Shown piece after piece: positions 38,319 through 46,727 of a stretch of DNA of 64,000 nucleotides. Each line of letters begins with the position of its first letter. The stretch's first letter is position 1. Source of the DNA: Candidatus Thorarchaeota archaeon (GTDB lineage: Archaea > Asgardarchaeota > Thorarchaeia > Thorarchaeales > Thorarchaeaceae); assembly GCA_016933575.1 (NCBI GenBank), contig JAFGAR010000064.1, positions 40,851-104,850 on the forward strand, given 5' to 3'. The notes beneath the pieces are model-generated. The model was not told the origin of the DNA. It made no database searches and was given only the letters and a program-made list of their open reading frames with translations. The position numbers and the translations under genes were made by a program.

Positions 38319-40289
38319 CTAGCACCCATGGGGCAACAATACAATGAATCTAGAACCCTTTGAATGATCACCCTTTACTCGATTCTCAATACGAATACTC
38401 CCACGATAATTGTCAATGATCTGCTTAACAAGGGTAAGCCCCACTCCTGAGATTCGTCGAATATGGTCACTCATTCCAGTGAACAGTCGCTCTTTGGTAT
38501 GGTCATCAATTCCATCTCCCCAATCGAGGAATTCCATTTTCAGAAACTCGCCATCATTGATAACTTCTGTATTGACCTCTATGTACACATCCTTTGATGC
38601 TGTAAATTTTACAGCATTATGAAGAAGATTATAGAAGACGTCCTGAAGGAAGTCGTCAGCCATGATACAATAACTACCTCTCTCGATATTCGTCTTTACA
38701 GTGATTGGTCTATTTGGAAAAGACTGTTTAACAGTTTCAATGGCAACAAACAACGAGTTTGCTGGGTCTGTCTTCTCAAGAGCAGGAGCAGATTGATTGA
38801 CTAATGAGAATTTCTTCACATTTGATATCAGAGACACGCTCCGATTCACTTGCATCAATGCATTTTCAGCCATGATGCGGAGTCTATCTGGTAAGTATTC
38901 ATCCTCTAATATCAATTCAAGACTTGCCATTATTCCTTGATGCATATTGTTGAGGTCGTGAGCCATCAGATCTGTTGCCCATTCAGCCCTTGCTAAAGCC
39001 TCTTCTCTCTGTTTCTGAGCCTCGATTCTTTCAGTTATATCTAACGAGAATCCACCAATAAGCGGTGGTTTGCCATCTCGGAAGATTGGAAATTTATGTG
39101 TACGGAATATCTTGATTTTACCATCTCTGTCTCTGACTTCCTGAATTCTATCAATTGGTCCCCTTACAAGAACTTTCTGATCCTCTTCAGTTAACATCGC
39201 AGCACGATCTTGTCTAAAGAGATCAATATTCTTGAGACCTTCCCAGTCAGTTCTTGGTGGCATGTTTTTCATATAATGATTTATGAAGACAACTCGGGAG
39301 TCATGGTCTTTGATATATACTGGTCCTGGCATATTATCTGCAAAAGCCTTGAATTGCTCTTGACTATCTTTTAATTGCTCGTCAGTTCTTTTTCGTTCGA
39401 GAACAGTCCCGAACATACCAGCAATTGTAGCAAAGACAATTCTATGGTCCTGTGTTAGAGGTCTCACTTTCCTTGATGCAATATTAATGACTCCAACTAA
39501 TGAACGATCAGCTCCAATTATTGGCCAAAAAATCAGGGTTTTAATTCCTATCGAAATTGCTCGAGACATTCTATCTATGCTCTCAGATGATTTGGTCACA
39601 TCTTCAACAAAAAGCGGTTCTAGAGTTCGAGCAGTCCTTGCGACAAGATACGTCGAATCATCCACGGATACACTATCTGCAATCGATGTGGTATCTAGAT
39701 TCACTGAGGCTATAAGTTCTAGAGAATTGCTCTCTTCCACGAATAGACGAATGGTCCCGACTTCAAAGTCTAGAGTGTCAATAAGTTCTTGAAGGACATC
39801 CTTGCAGACCTGGGATAAATTCTCAGTACTTAATGCGGCCTCTGCAATGATACTATACGCTTTCCTCTCTTGAGCAATTGTTTTCTTCGACATTTCATCT
39901 TTAGTCATATCTGATGCGTAAGCGATAATGTATTTTTTACCAGAAATGTCCAGAGTATTCGCTGTAATCTCTAATATGACAGTTTCTCCGTCCTTGCTTG
40001 TGAAGGAATAACGGTCTTGGTCAACCTGGTGGTGTTTCTCCATTAGATTCGTGAATCTCTGTAATGCTTCTTCTCTTTGGTCTTCAGCTAGGACACTGGC
40101 TAAGTCTGAAACATCTTGACCTATTGCCATATCGTATGGGATTCCAACTTTATTGCTAAGCCATTTGTTAATGTATTCTATCTTCCTATCTCTTACTATA
40201 ATGACTCCCTGTGGTGATGCCTCAAAAAACATCTTGAAAATCTCGCACTCATCATTACTCTTCAATGCGCGAGTCATTTCATCATACAT
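38319..40289 (-). CDS. Cytoplasmic PAS-GAF-PAS sensor histidine kinase
   Basis: H-box MAHDLNN, N-box NLLHNAVKF, DWGDGI, SGVGL, GSRF; PAS (FADNMPGPVYIKD..DITER) and GAF segments; no TM. Confidence 0.9.
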   Translation of the reverse strand: MYDEMTRALKSNDECEIFKMFFEASPQGVIIVRDRKIEYINKWLSNKVGIPYDMAIGQDVSDLASVLAEDQREEALQRFTNLMEKHHQVDQDRYSFTSKDGETVILEITANTLDISGKKYIIAYASDMTKDEMSKKTIAQERKAYSIIAEAALSTENLSQVCKDVLQELIDTLDFEVGTIRLFVEESNSLELIASVNLDTTSIADSVSVDDSTYLVARTARTLEPLFVEDVTKSSESIDRMSRAISIGIKTLIFWPIIGADRSLVGVINIASRKVRPLTQDHRIVFATIAGMFGTVLERKRTDEQLKDSQEQFKAFADNMPGPVYIKDHDSRVVFINHYMKNMPPRTDWEGLKNIDLFRQDRAAMLTEEDQKVLVRGPIDRIQEVRDRDGKIKIFRTHKFPIFRDGKPPLIGGFSLDITERIEAQKQREEALARAEWATDLMAHDLNNMHQGIMASLELILEDEYLPDRLRIMAENALMQVNRSVSLISNVKKFSLVNQSAPALEKTDPANSLFVAIETVKQSFPNRPITVKTNIERGSYCIMADDFLQDVFYNLLHNAVKFTASKDVYIEVNTEVINDGEFLKMEFLDWGDGIDDHTKERLFTGMSDHIRRISGVGLTLVKQIIDNYRGSIRIENRVKGDHSKGSRFIVLLPHGC

Positions 40290-40339
40290 GGACTACACCA
40301 GCTAATGTTCCTCTAAAATGATTTTGAATGTATTTGCGT

Positions 40340-40441
40340 TGTAAACCTTTGTAAATGACAAGGATTATTTTTTACAACTTCCCCTCTCATATAGTGTACA
40401 CTTGTATACATTAATGTCTTTTTATGCACAATCTTTATAAA
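40340..40441 (+). promoter_or_regulatory. trpB2 promoter region with paired TGTACA-like boxes and TATA box
   Basis: TGTAAA-N4-TGTAAA (40340-40355), TGTACA-N4-TATACA (40395-40410), TTTATAAA (40434-40441). Confidence 0.55.
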
Positions 40442-40463
40442 TGAGTCAAAACTCGGGGTTTCA

Positions 40464-40679
40464 ACCGTTTCTGAGTGTGGAGACATGATTCGAGTGTGCC
40501 TTGGCCAATGGCAAAGGGGCCTTGTCGGGCCCGTTTAGTCATTCCGCCATATATCACATTCAGCACTCCATCTTTGGCTTCTTTTCTATGGAAATCATTG
40601 AGATTCCTAGTTCACTCTAGGATACAATCTCTGAAGCACTTGCTACTGATTCAGAGGAGATGCTACACAGAGAAACGGT
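40464..40679 (+). ncRNA. Candidate structured 5' leader RNA of trpB2
   Basis: ACCGTTTCT..GTGTG (40464-40479) pairs with TACAC..AGAAACGGT (40664-40679) and encloses several hairpins (GGGCC/GGCCC, GAGATT..CCTAG/CTAGG..AATCTC, CTCTGAA/TTCAGAG). Confidence 0.45.
40485..40538 (+). CDS. Candidate leader peptide MIRVCLGQWQRGLVGPV
   Basis: ATG preceded by GTGGAG; one TGG codon; lies inside the trpB2 leader. Confidence 0.3.
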   Translation: MIRVCLGQWQRGLVGPV

Positions 40680-40698
40680 GAGTAGAGGAGTTTGAAAA

Positions 40699-42054
40699 AT
40701 GATAAAGACAAGAATCCTACTAGATTGTGAAGAAACACCAACTCACTATGTCAACATCTTGCCACACTTGGAAACACCCCTTCCACCGCCCTTGGATCCA
40801 GGCACTGAGGAACCAATTAGTGCAGACGCCCTGTTGGCTCTCTTTCCGAAGGAGTGTGTAAAACAAGAAGTGGCAACAGAGAAACGAATTGCTATTCCTG
40901 AAGAAGTAAGAGATATCCTGATTCGCTCAGGGCGCCCCACACCTCTTCAGCGAGCAGTAGGTCTTGAAAGATATCTCAAGACACCCGCTCGTATCTACTT
41001 CAAAAGAGAGGATGCTTCACCAACAGGAAGTCATAAGCTCAATACAGCTACAGCACAGGCATATTATGCTCAGAAAGAAGGAACTGAGCGACTTGCAACA
41101 GAGACTGGAGCTGGACAATGGGGTAGTGCTGTTGCCCTTGCCTGTTCGTATTTTGGACTTGAAGCAATGATATACATGGTTCGTATCAGCTACGAGCAGA
41201 AACAATATCGTGGTACACTGATGCGTACATATGGGGGAACAGTTGTCCCTAGTCCGTCAGATAGAACAGCATACGGTCGGAAGGTGAACGCTGATAATCC
41301 TGACCATCCAGGTACTTTAGGGATTGCAATTAGCGAGGCTCTAGAAGACACGATCAATACAGCAAATACAAAGTACACTCTAGGTTCGGTTCTGAACTTT
41401 GTATTGTTACAACAGACTGTAATTGGTCAAGAGGTCAAGGCTCAATTAGCAGCTGCTGAAGAGACTCCGGATGTATTCATTGGTTGTGTTGGCGGCGGCA
41501 GTAATTTCGCGGGAATGACCTATCCATTTCTTGCTGATGACAAGTTTCGAGAATGTGATTATATTGCTGTTGAACCTACTGCATGTCCATCCTTGACAAA
41601 GGGTGAATATCGTTATGATTTCGGTGATACAGCAGGTATGACACCAAAACTAAAGATGTATACTCTCGGAGCGGATTTTGTTCCTCCAAAGATACATGCT
41701 GGTGGTCTTAGATATCATGGAGTTGCTCCTACTATCAGTGCTCTGGTAGAGGAGAGTCGCATTAGACCAATAGCATATGACCAGCTGGAAGTACTAAACG
41801 CTGGTGTTGTATTTGCTAAGACTGAGGGAGTAATTCCAGCGCCTGAATCTGCACATGCAATAAAGGCAGCCATTGATATTGCGCTAGAGGCCAAGAAGAA
41901 AAAGAAGTCGAAAGTCATCGTATTCAACCTCTCGGGGCATGGTCATTTTGATATGGCTGCATATGGAGCTCTTCTTGATGGAACACTCAACGGTGAAGAC
42001 GTGAGTACAACCACCCAAGTGCAGAGGGAAGCAGTAGCATTCACAGAGAGATAG
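40699..42054 (+). CDS. trpB2: Tryptophan synthase beta chain 2 (TrpB2, stand-alone)
   Basis: [20 protein letters not shown] (PLP Lys), [45 protein letters not shown]. Confidence 0.95.
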   Translation: MIKTRILLDCEETPTHYVNILPHLETPLPPPLDPGTEEPISADALLALFPKECVKQEVATEKRIAIPEEVRDILIRSGRPTPLQRAVGLERYLKTPARIYFKREDASPTGSHKLNTATAQAYYAQKEGTERLATETGAGQWGSAVALACSYFGLEAMIYMVRISYEQKQYRGTLMRTYGGTVVPSPSDRTAYGRKVNADNPDHPGTLGIAISEALEDTINTANTKYTLGSVLNFVLLQQTVIGQEVKAQLAAAEETPDVFIGCVGGGSNFAGMTYPFLADDKFRECDYIAVEPTACPSLTKGEYRYDFGDTAGMTPKLKMYTLGADFVPPKIHAGGLRYHGVAPTISALVEESRIRPIAYDQLEVLNAGVVFAKTEGVIPAPESAHAIKAAIDIALEAKKKKKSKVIVFNLSGHGHFDMAAYGALLDGTLNGEDVSTTTQVQREAVAFTER

Positions 42055-42062
42055 ATCATTAC

Positions 42063-42095
42063 GCCGTTGGTTTTGCCAGCGGCTCTTTTTTTTTT
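42063..42095 (+). terminator. Hairpin + poly-T terminator after trpB2
   Basis: GCCGTTGG-TTTTG-CCAGCGGC followed by 10 T. Confidence 0.7.
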
Positions 42096-42130
42096 GAACT
42101 GAACAGCCTGATGATCCAACTGTATGTTAT

Positions 42131-43561
42131 CTAATTCGCGGAACGTGTCACAGGCTCTATTGTGTTTTCATTTTTTTTTGCAATTTTGATTACATTCACC
42201 AGTGCTTTGCTAGCTCTTTGGGGATTGGAATAGAACGGAATACCTGCAGCCTCAAGAATTTCATAACCCGGTGGTTTATTCTGCTCTGGTGATGAGAGGA
42301 TACTTACTATTGGTTTTGAGACCTTGCTGGATGCTTGGACTATTTTTTCAATTGGAATGCCTCCCCCAATACCCTCTTGATAATTCGGAGCAAAGACAAT
42401 CATGACAGAATCATAGCGATCATCATTTAGTATAATATCGAATGCTCTTCCAAAGATGTCTGGATTTGCCCATCCTTGAGCTAGTAGATCCACAGGATTC
42501 TTGATAGGTATCTCAATAGGCATGTTGAGTAGAGATTGAATCGATTTTGCCGCTTCTCTCGAGGGGGGTGGCAGAATAGCACCATCTAGCTCCAGAGTCT
42601 GCGCAGCAATCAAGGCAATTCCAAGCGTATGAGTGACAATCGCAACGCTGTCACCTTTTGGTCTATGAGGACAAACCGAGAGTAGATGTGCTGTGTCGAT
42701 CATCTCTGACACACCTGCAACCTCAATCGCTCCAGATTGTTTTATTGCACCACTATAGATCTCCGAGTTGCCTGCAAGACTTCCAGTATGACTCAACGCA
42801 GCATCTCTCGATGCAGGGGTCTTGCCCACCTTGAATACAATTACTGGTTTCATTGGAGTTGTTTTTGAGATCTCATCTTTCATTTCACGTCCATATTCAG
42901 TACCTTCGACAAACAGACAGATAACATCAGTTTGCGAATCATCTCGTAGATATCGAATCATATCATGAAAATCGATATTCACTCTATTCCCGACACTGGC
43001 GAACTTTGATACTCCAAGTCCTCTATCAGATGCTTGGTACAACATCAGTCCTGTAACTCCACCACTTTGACTCACCATTGCTACAGAGCCTGCTTTCATG
43101 GGAACTGGATGTGGGAAAAAAGTCGCATTGAGATTCAATCTTGGGTTTCCAGCTCCCAGACAATTCGGACCAATCACTGCAATCCGTGCTTTATCTGCTA
43201 GTTCCTTTACCCGTCTCTGATGTTCAACACCCATTCCACCAAGTTCTTTGAACCCGGCTGAAAAGATGATAGCTCCCCGAACTTTACCTTCTGCACAATC
43301 CTCTAAGGCTGATAGCATTTGTTGCGGACCTACCGCAATCATTGCGAGATCGACAGGACTCTCAATAGATGTCACGGTTGGATAACATCGAACTCCTTGA
43401 ATTGAATCCAGTCGGGGATTGACGGGGAAGACATTCTTTTCAAAAGATTTCAAAGCAAGTAATGTCAATGCTCCAAGTTTGTCAGGTTTATTGGAAGCCC
43501 CAATGACAGCTATGGACTGTGGGTTGAAGAGCCTTTCAAGGGATTCATTTTTCCAGCTCAT
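42131..43561 (-). CDS. ADP-forming acyl-CoA synthetase (ACD) alpha-type subunit
   Basis: FNPQSIAVIGAS, FSAGFKE, IGPNCLG, SQSGG, SVGN, SHTGSLAG (phospho-His), NPVDL. Confidence 0.9.
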   Translation of the reverse strand: MSWKNESLERLFNPQSIAVIGASNKPDKLGALTLLALKSFEKNVFPVNPRLDSIQGVRCYPTVTSIESPVDLAMIAVGPQQMLSALEDCAEGKVRGAIIFSAGFKELGGMGVEHQRRVKELADKARIAVIGPNCLGAGNPRLNLNATFFPHPVPMKAGSVAMVSQSGGVTGLMLYQASDRGLGVSKFASVGNRVNIDFHDMIRYLRDDSQTDVICLFVEGTEYGREMKDEISKTTPMKPVIVFKVGKTPASRDAALSHTGSLAGNSEIYSGAIKQSGAIEVAGVSEMIDTAHLLSVCPHRPKGDSVAIVTHTLGIALIAAQTLELDGAILPPPSREAAKSIQSLLNMPIEIPIKNPVDLLAQGWANPDIFGRAFDIILNDDRYDSVMIVFAPNYQEGIGGGIPIEKIVQASSKVSKPIVSILSSPEQNKPPGYEILEAAGIPFYSNPQRASKALVNVIKIAKKNENTIEPVTRSAN

Positions 43562-43573
43562 TATTCTATCTCC

Positions 43574-44479
43574 TCAGCTGTATTTTTTGAGAAGTGTCTT
43601 TATTGTCTTAAGAATAAATTCGGATACTTCTTCTCTCGCTTTCTCGTAGCTCTCCATCTTAATAATTGGAATCTCATTTTCTAGAGCCCGATTGACCAGA
43701 TAATCTTGGATTAGTCTTGTTGAATTAAATTCCTGCTCCCTGATTTCCTTGTCTGATGTGACAGTTCTTAGTTTTCCAGAAGCGTGTTTTTCAAAGAACA
43801 TTGCTCTATGTGTATTAACGCTCGGATTAACGAGTACCTCAAGTATTCCATCACTTAGTGAATTCAAAGATCCTGGTTGAATATGAACACCCTCAACAAC
43901 GACCTGAGTTCCTTCACTCAGAACTCGTTGAATGAGGTCATCAATGAAGGGTTTCATCAGGTCTATTTGAGCTAGGTATCCTCTGACCACAGGATGGAGA
44001 TATTGGTCACCCAGTTGTTTGTATCTGTATGCTTGATATGTATGACAAAAGATCTCTGGAGCTTGCTTTTCTTGATAGACTCCGCGAACCAATTGTCGAA
44101 CTGTATCAGTACTAATGAATCGGGTAGCTGTAAGGTCTTGAATCAATTCAATCGCTAAGAGTGATTTTCCTGTGGCTGAAGCACCTTCCAATACGAGGAC
44201 CAATGGTGGTATTGATTCATCCTCCCCCCTTAGTTGTTCATACTGCATTAGTAAATCGTAATTCTGTTTTACTGAATCAGGATAGTTGGAAAGTGAACTT
44301 CTTATCGACTCTATTAGTTGATTTTCAGTCAACGTTTCAGAATTTGCAGGGTCAGGCATGGTTGATGAGATGATATCCGATATCTCATGAAGATCTAGAC
44401 CACTGAGCCTAAGTTTTCCCCTCTGAATTGAAATTGGATATGGTATTGAATTGTCTTGGAATCTTAGTTTCATCTTCAT
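43574..44479 (-). CDS. 2-phosphoglycerate kinase-like P-loop kinase
   Basis: EGASATGKS, ISTDTVRQ, VVEGVHI, IQDYL. Confidence 0.75.
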   Translation of the reverse strand: MKMKLRFQDNSIPYPISIQRGKLRLSGLDLHEISDIISSTMPDPANSETLTENQLIESIRSSLSNYPDSVKQNYDLLMQYEQLRGEDESIPPLVLVLEGASATGKSLLAIELIQDLTATRFISTDTVRQLVRGVYQEKQAPEIFCHTYQAYRYKQLGDQYLHPVVRGYLAQIDLMKPFIDDLIQRVLSEGTQVVVEGVHIQPGSLNSLSDGILEVLVNPSVNTHRAMFFEKHASGKLRTVTSDKEIREQEFNSTRLIQDYLVNRALENEIPIIKMESYEKAREEVSEFILKTIKTLLKKYS

Positions 44480-44511
44480 AACCTAGCAGATAATCCATTG
44501 TCTGTTCCAAC

Positions 44512-45051
44512 TCAAAAGGACTTCCGTGAGCAATATCCTCTTGCTTCTCTACCCTTTGTTCCTTCCAATGTTCTGGTTGTTACTGGGCGAGTCTTGCTCT
44601 TTCTTTGTCTACCCATGAATGGTCTGCTCATGTCTATGGAATCCATTGATGTTTCTATTTCTTCATCGGATGGAGTAATTCTTCCCCTCCTTCCTTTCGA
44701 AAGAATCATACATTCATCATGCATACTAATGAATCCCTCCGATAGAACGTATGAGTGATCCGGTTCAACAAGTTCGATGTCATCATTCCAAAGAGTTAGT
44801 TTGATTCTTGCAGTAGAATCTCCGACTATACACTCACAGATTTTATACTCCGTACCTGTTGATTTTGATCTTACAATCCTAATGAGGCTTTTCTCAATGA
44901 CTTTGAAAAGAATATTGATACATGTCATTCGTGGTTCTAGATGAACAATCTCGGTTGAGTTAAATGAACTAGCAGGATTTGAATTATCTGTAATATGAGT
45001 CATGATAAGGTGCGCATCCAAAGATGTGTCCATTCTCACACTAAAGAACAC
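44512..45051 (-). CDS. Single OB-fold ssDNA-binding protein (SSB/RPA-like); true start may be downstream
   Basis: INILFKVIEK, ECIVGDSTARIKLTLWND; basic C-terminal tail. Confidence 0.75.
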   Translation of the reverse strand: MFFSVRMDTSLDAHLIMTHITDNSNPASSFNSTEIVHLEPRMTCINILFKVIEKSLIRIVRSKSTGTEYKICECIVGDSTARIKLTLWNDDIELVEPDHSYVLSEGFISMHDECMILSKGRRGRITPSDEEIETSMDSIDMSRPFMGRQRKSKTRPVTTRTLEGTKGREARGYCSRKSF

Positions 45052-45063
45052 CTATCTAGTTAC

Positions 45064-46233
45064 TCAACTATGAATCTCTCTCAATGCTTGTTTGAGCATA
45101 TCTAATCCCTTGACAAGTTCTTCGTGTTCTCCACCGAAACCAATTCGTAGATGTCCATCCAGCTCCATATGAGACCCCGGAACAGTGAATGTACGGTATT
45201 TAGTTACGAGCAATTGACATAACTCATCCGTACTACCTCTTCTTCTGAGTCTGGGAGCTCCAACGACGCCACTCTTTGGTTCAATCCATTCTAACCAATC
45301 TTGATTATCCATCCACTCTTTTAGAACGACAAAATTTGCCATCATAGCCTCTCTTCTCTCTTTGAGCAGAGTCTCTCTCTTTTCTAAAACTGCCTTAGCA
45401 ATAGCCTCTCCTATTGAAGAATTGCAGATTGTCACTTGTTCACGAACAGCTCTTACTGCCTGTATTATTGGAGTGTCCGCAACCACCCATCCAATACGGA
45501 TGCCTGGAAGTCCCCATGTCTTTGACATGCTGGTCAGGCTGATAGCATTAGAACTCATTGTTGCAGCTAAGGGTGGTGGTGTTTCGAACATCATTTCACG
45601 ATAGGTTTCATCCACCATAAGATATGCCCCAACATCTTCTGCAATCTCAATAGCTTCTTTCAATTCCTTCTCTGTTATCACAGATCCTGTTGGATTATTG
45701 GGGTGAGTAAGTGTAATGAGTTTTGTATTAGGTCTGACGAGTCTACGTAACTCATCCATATCTGGTCTGAAGTCATTATCCCATTTCAATTTGAACAGTG
45801 AAAGATTTCTATTTAGAGACCTTGGAATCTGGTATAATGAGGGATAGGTCGGATGTTCGACAATAATGTGGTCATTCGGTCCCACTAGGTGGCCTATCAC
45901 TGAGAAATTGCCTTCGCTTGCCCCTGTAGTCACTGCAACATTTTCGAAGTCTAAGCTCCTGTAGCCCTTTGCAATCTCTGCTCTAAGTTCTGGATTTCCT
46001 AGGTGGTAACCGTATCTCAGCTCAATCTCGTTAAGGTCAATACCCAAGTCTTTGACTGAGAGATATTTCATTCCACTCTCACCGATATCGTAGTCGACCT
46101 CAAACTGATACTTGTCAAACCATATCTCCAAAGGCATTCGTTCGAAGACCAAAAATGTCACCAGCCTCTGTTTTAACCAACGATAATATATAGATTCGCG
46201 AATGTTCATATTTGCTAAGTAATAGCAATCCAT
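45064..46233 (-). CDS. PLP-dependent aminotransferase class I/II (true start probably near 46150)
   Basis: GNPELR, TTGASEG, HPNNPTG, VDETY, SMSKTWGLPGIRIGW, LRIGFG. Confidence 0.9.
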   Translation of the reverse strand: MDCYYLANMNIRESIYYRWLKQRLVTFLVFERMPLEIWFDKYQFEVDYDIGESGMKYLSVKDLGIDLNEIELRYGYHLGNPELRAEIAKGYRSLDFENVAVTTGASEGNFSVIGHLVGPNDHIIVEHPTYPSLYQIPRSLNRNLSLFKLKWDNDFRPDMDELRRLVRPNTKLITLTHPNNPTGSVITEKELKEAIEIAEDVGAYLMVDETYREMMFETPPPLAATMSSNAISLTSMSKTWGLPGIRIGWVVADTPIIQAVRAVREQVTICNSSIGEAIAKAVLEKRETLLKERREAMMANFVVLKEWMDNQDWLEWIEPKSGVVGAPRLRRRGSTDELCQLLVTKYRTFTVPGSHMELDGHLRIGFGGEHEELVKGLDMLKQALREIHS

Positions 46234-46245
46234 ACTATTGATAAG

Positions 46246-46707
46246 GTGCGGAAGCAGATACCATACATACTAATCAATAATGAGGAATCATCTATGACTC
46301 TACGAATTCTAATCGTGGATGACGAACCCGCAATCCACGAGGTTATGGAGGCATATTTGAGGAAGTTTCTAGATGATTTTGAGTTGATCTCGGCTGCAAA
46401 CGGGTTTGAAGCAGTTTTGCGTGCAAAGGACTGTATGAAAAAGGGACGCACTCCAGATTTTGTTCTTATGGATATGAAGATGCCTGAAATGAACGGTTTC
46501 GAATGTACAAAGACTCTAACAGAACTTGGTATTTCTAATATCCATCTGTTAACAGCCTATTTTGATGGAGAATCGTTGAAACAAGCAGCAGAAGTGGGTG
46601 CAAAGGGTGTCCTGAAAAAGAGTGATGGATTCGCATCAGTAGCCAAGAAAGTCGCTGAATTACTGCGTGGTTCCAAGGAACCTACTCCACAACCTAGTTC
46701 TGTATAA
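46246..46707 (+). CDS. Stand-alone response regulator receiver (start probably ATG ~46294)
   Basis: ILIVDDE, LMDMKMPEMNG (phospho-Asp), LTA, GAKGVLKK. Confidence 0.9.
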   Translation: MRKQIPYILINNEESSMTLRILIVDDEPAIHEVMEAYLRKFLDDFELISAANGFEAVLRAKDCMKKGRTPDFVLMDMKMPEMNGFECTKTLTELGISNIHLLTAYFDGESLKQAAEVGAKGVLKKSDGFASVAKKVAELLRGSKEPTPQPSSV

Positions 46708-46727
46708 ATCATCAAAACCCTTTTCAA

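Noticed and set aside
40464-40679. Known riboswitch, T-box, SRP RNA, RNase P or tRNA
   Set aside because: No recognisable consensus (no GGTGG-ACC T-box, CTGAGA TPP core, GAGGAAAGTCC or cloverleaf); kept only as an unknown structured element.
40475-40681. 68-aa ORF as an ordinary protein-coding gene
   Set aside because: No domain-like features, it starts too close to the predicted TSS for an RBS, and it coincides with the RNA structure; mentioned only as a possible uORF.
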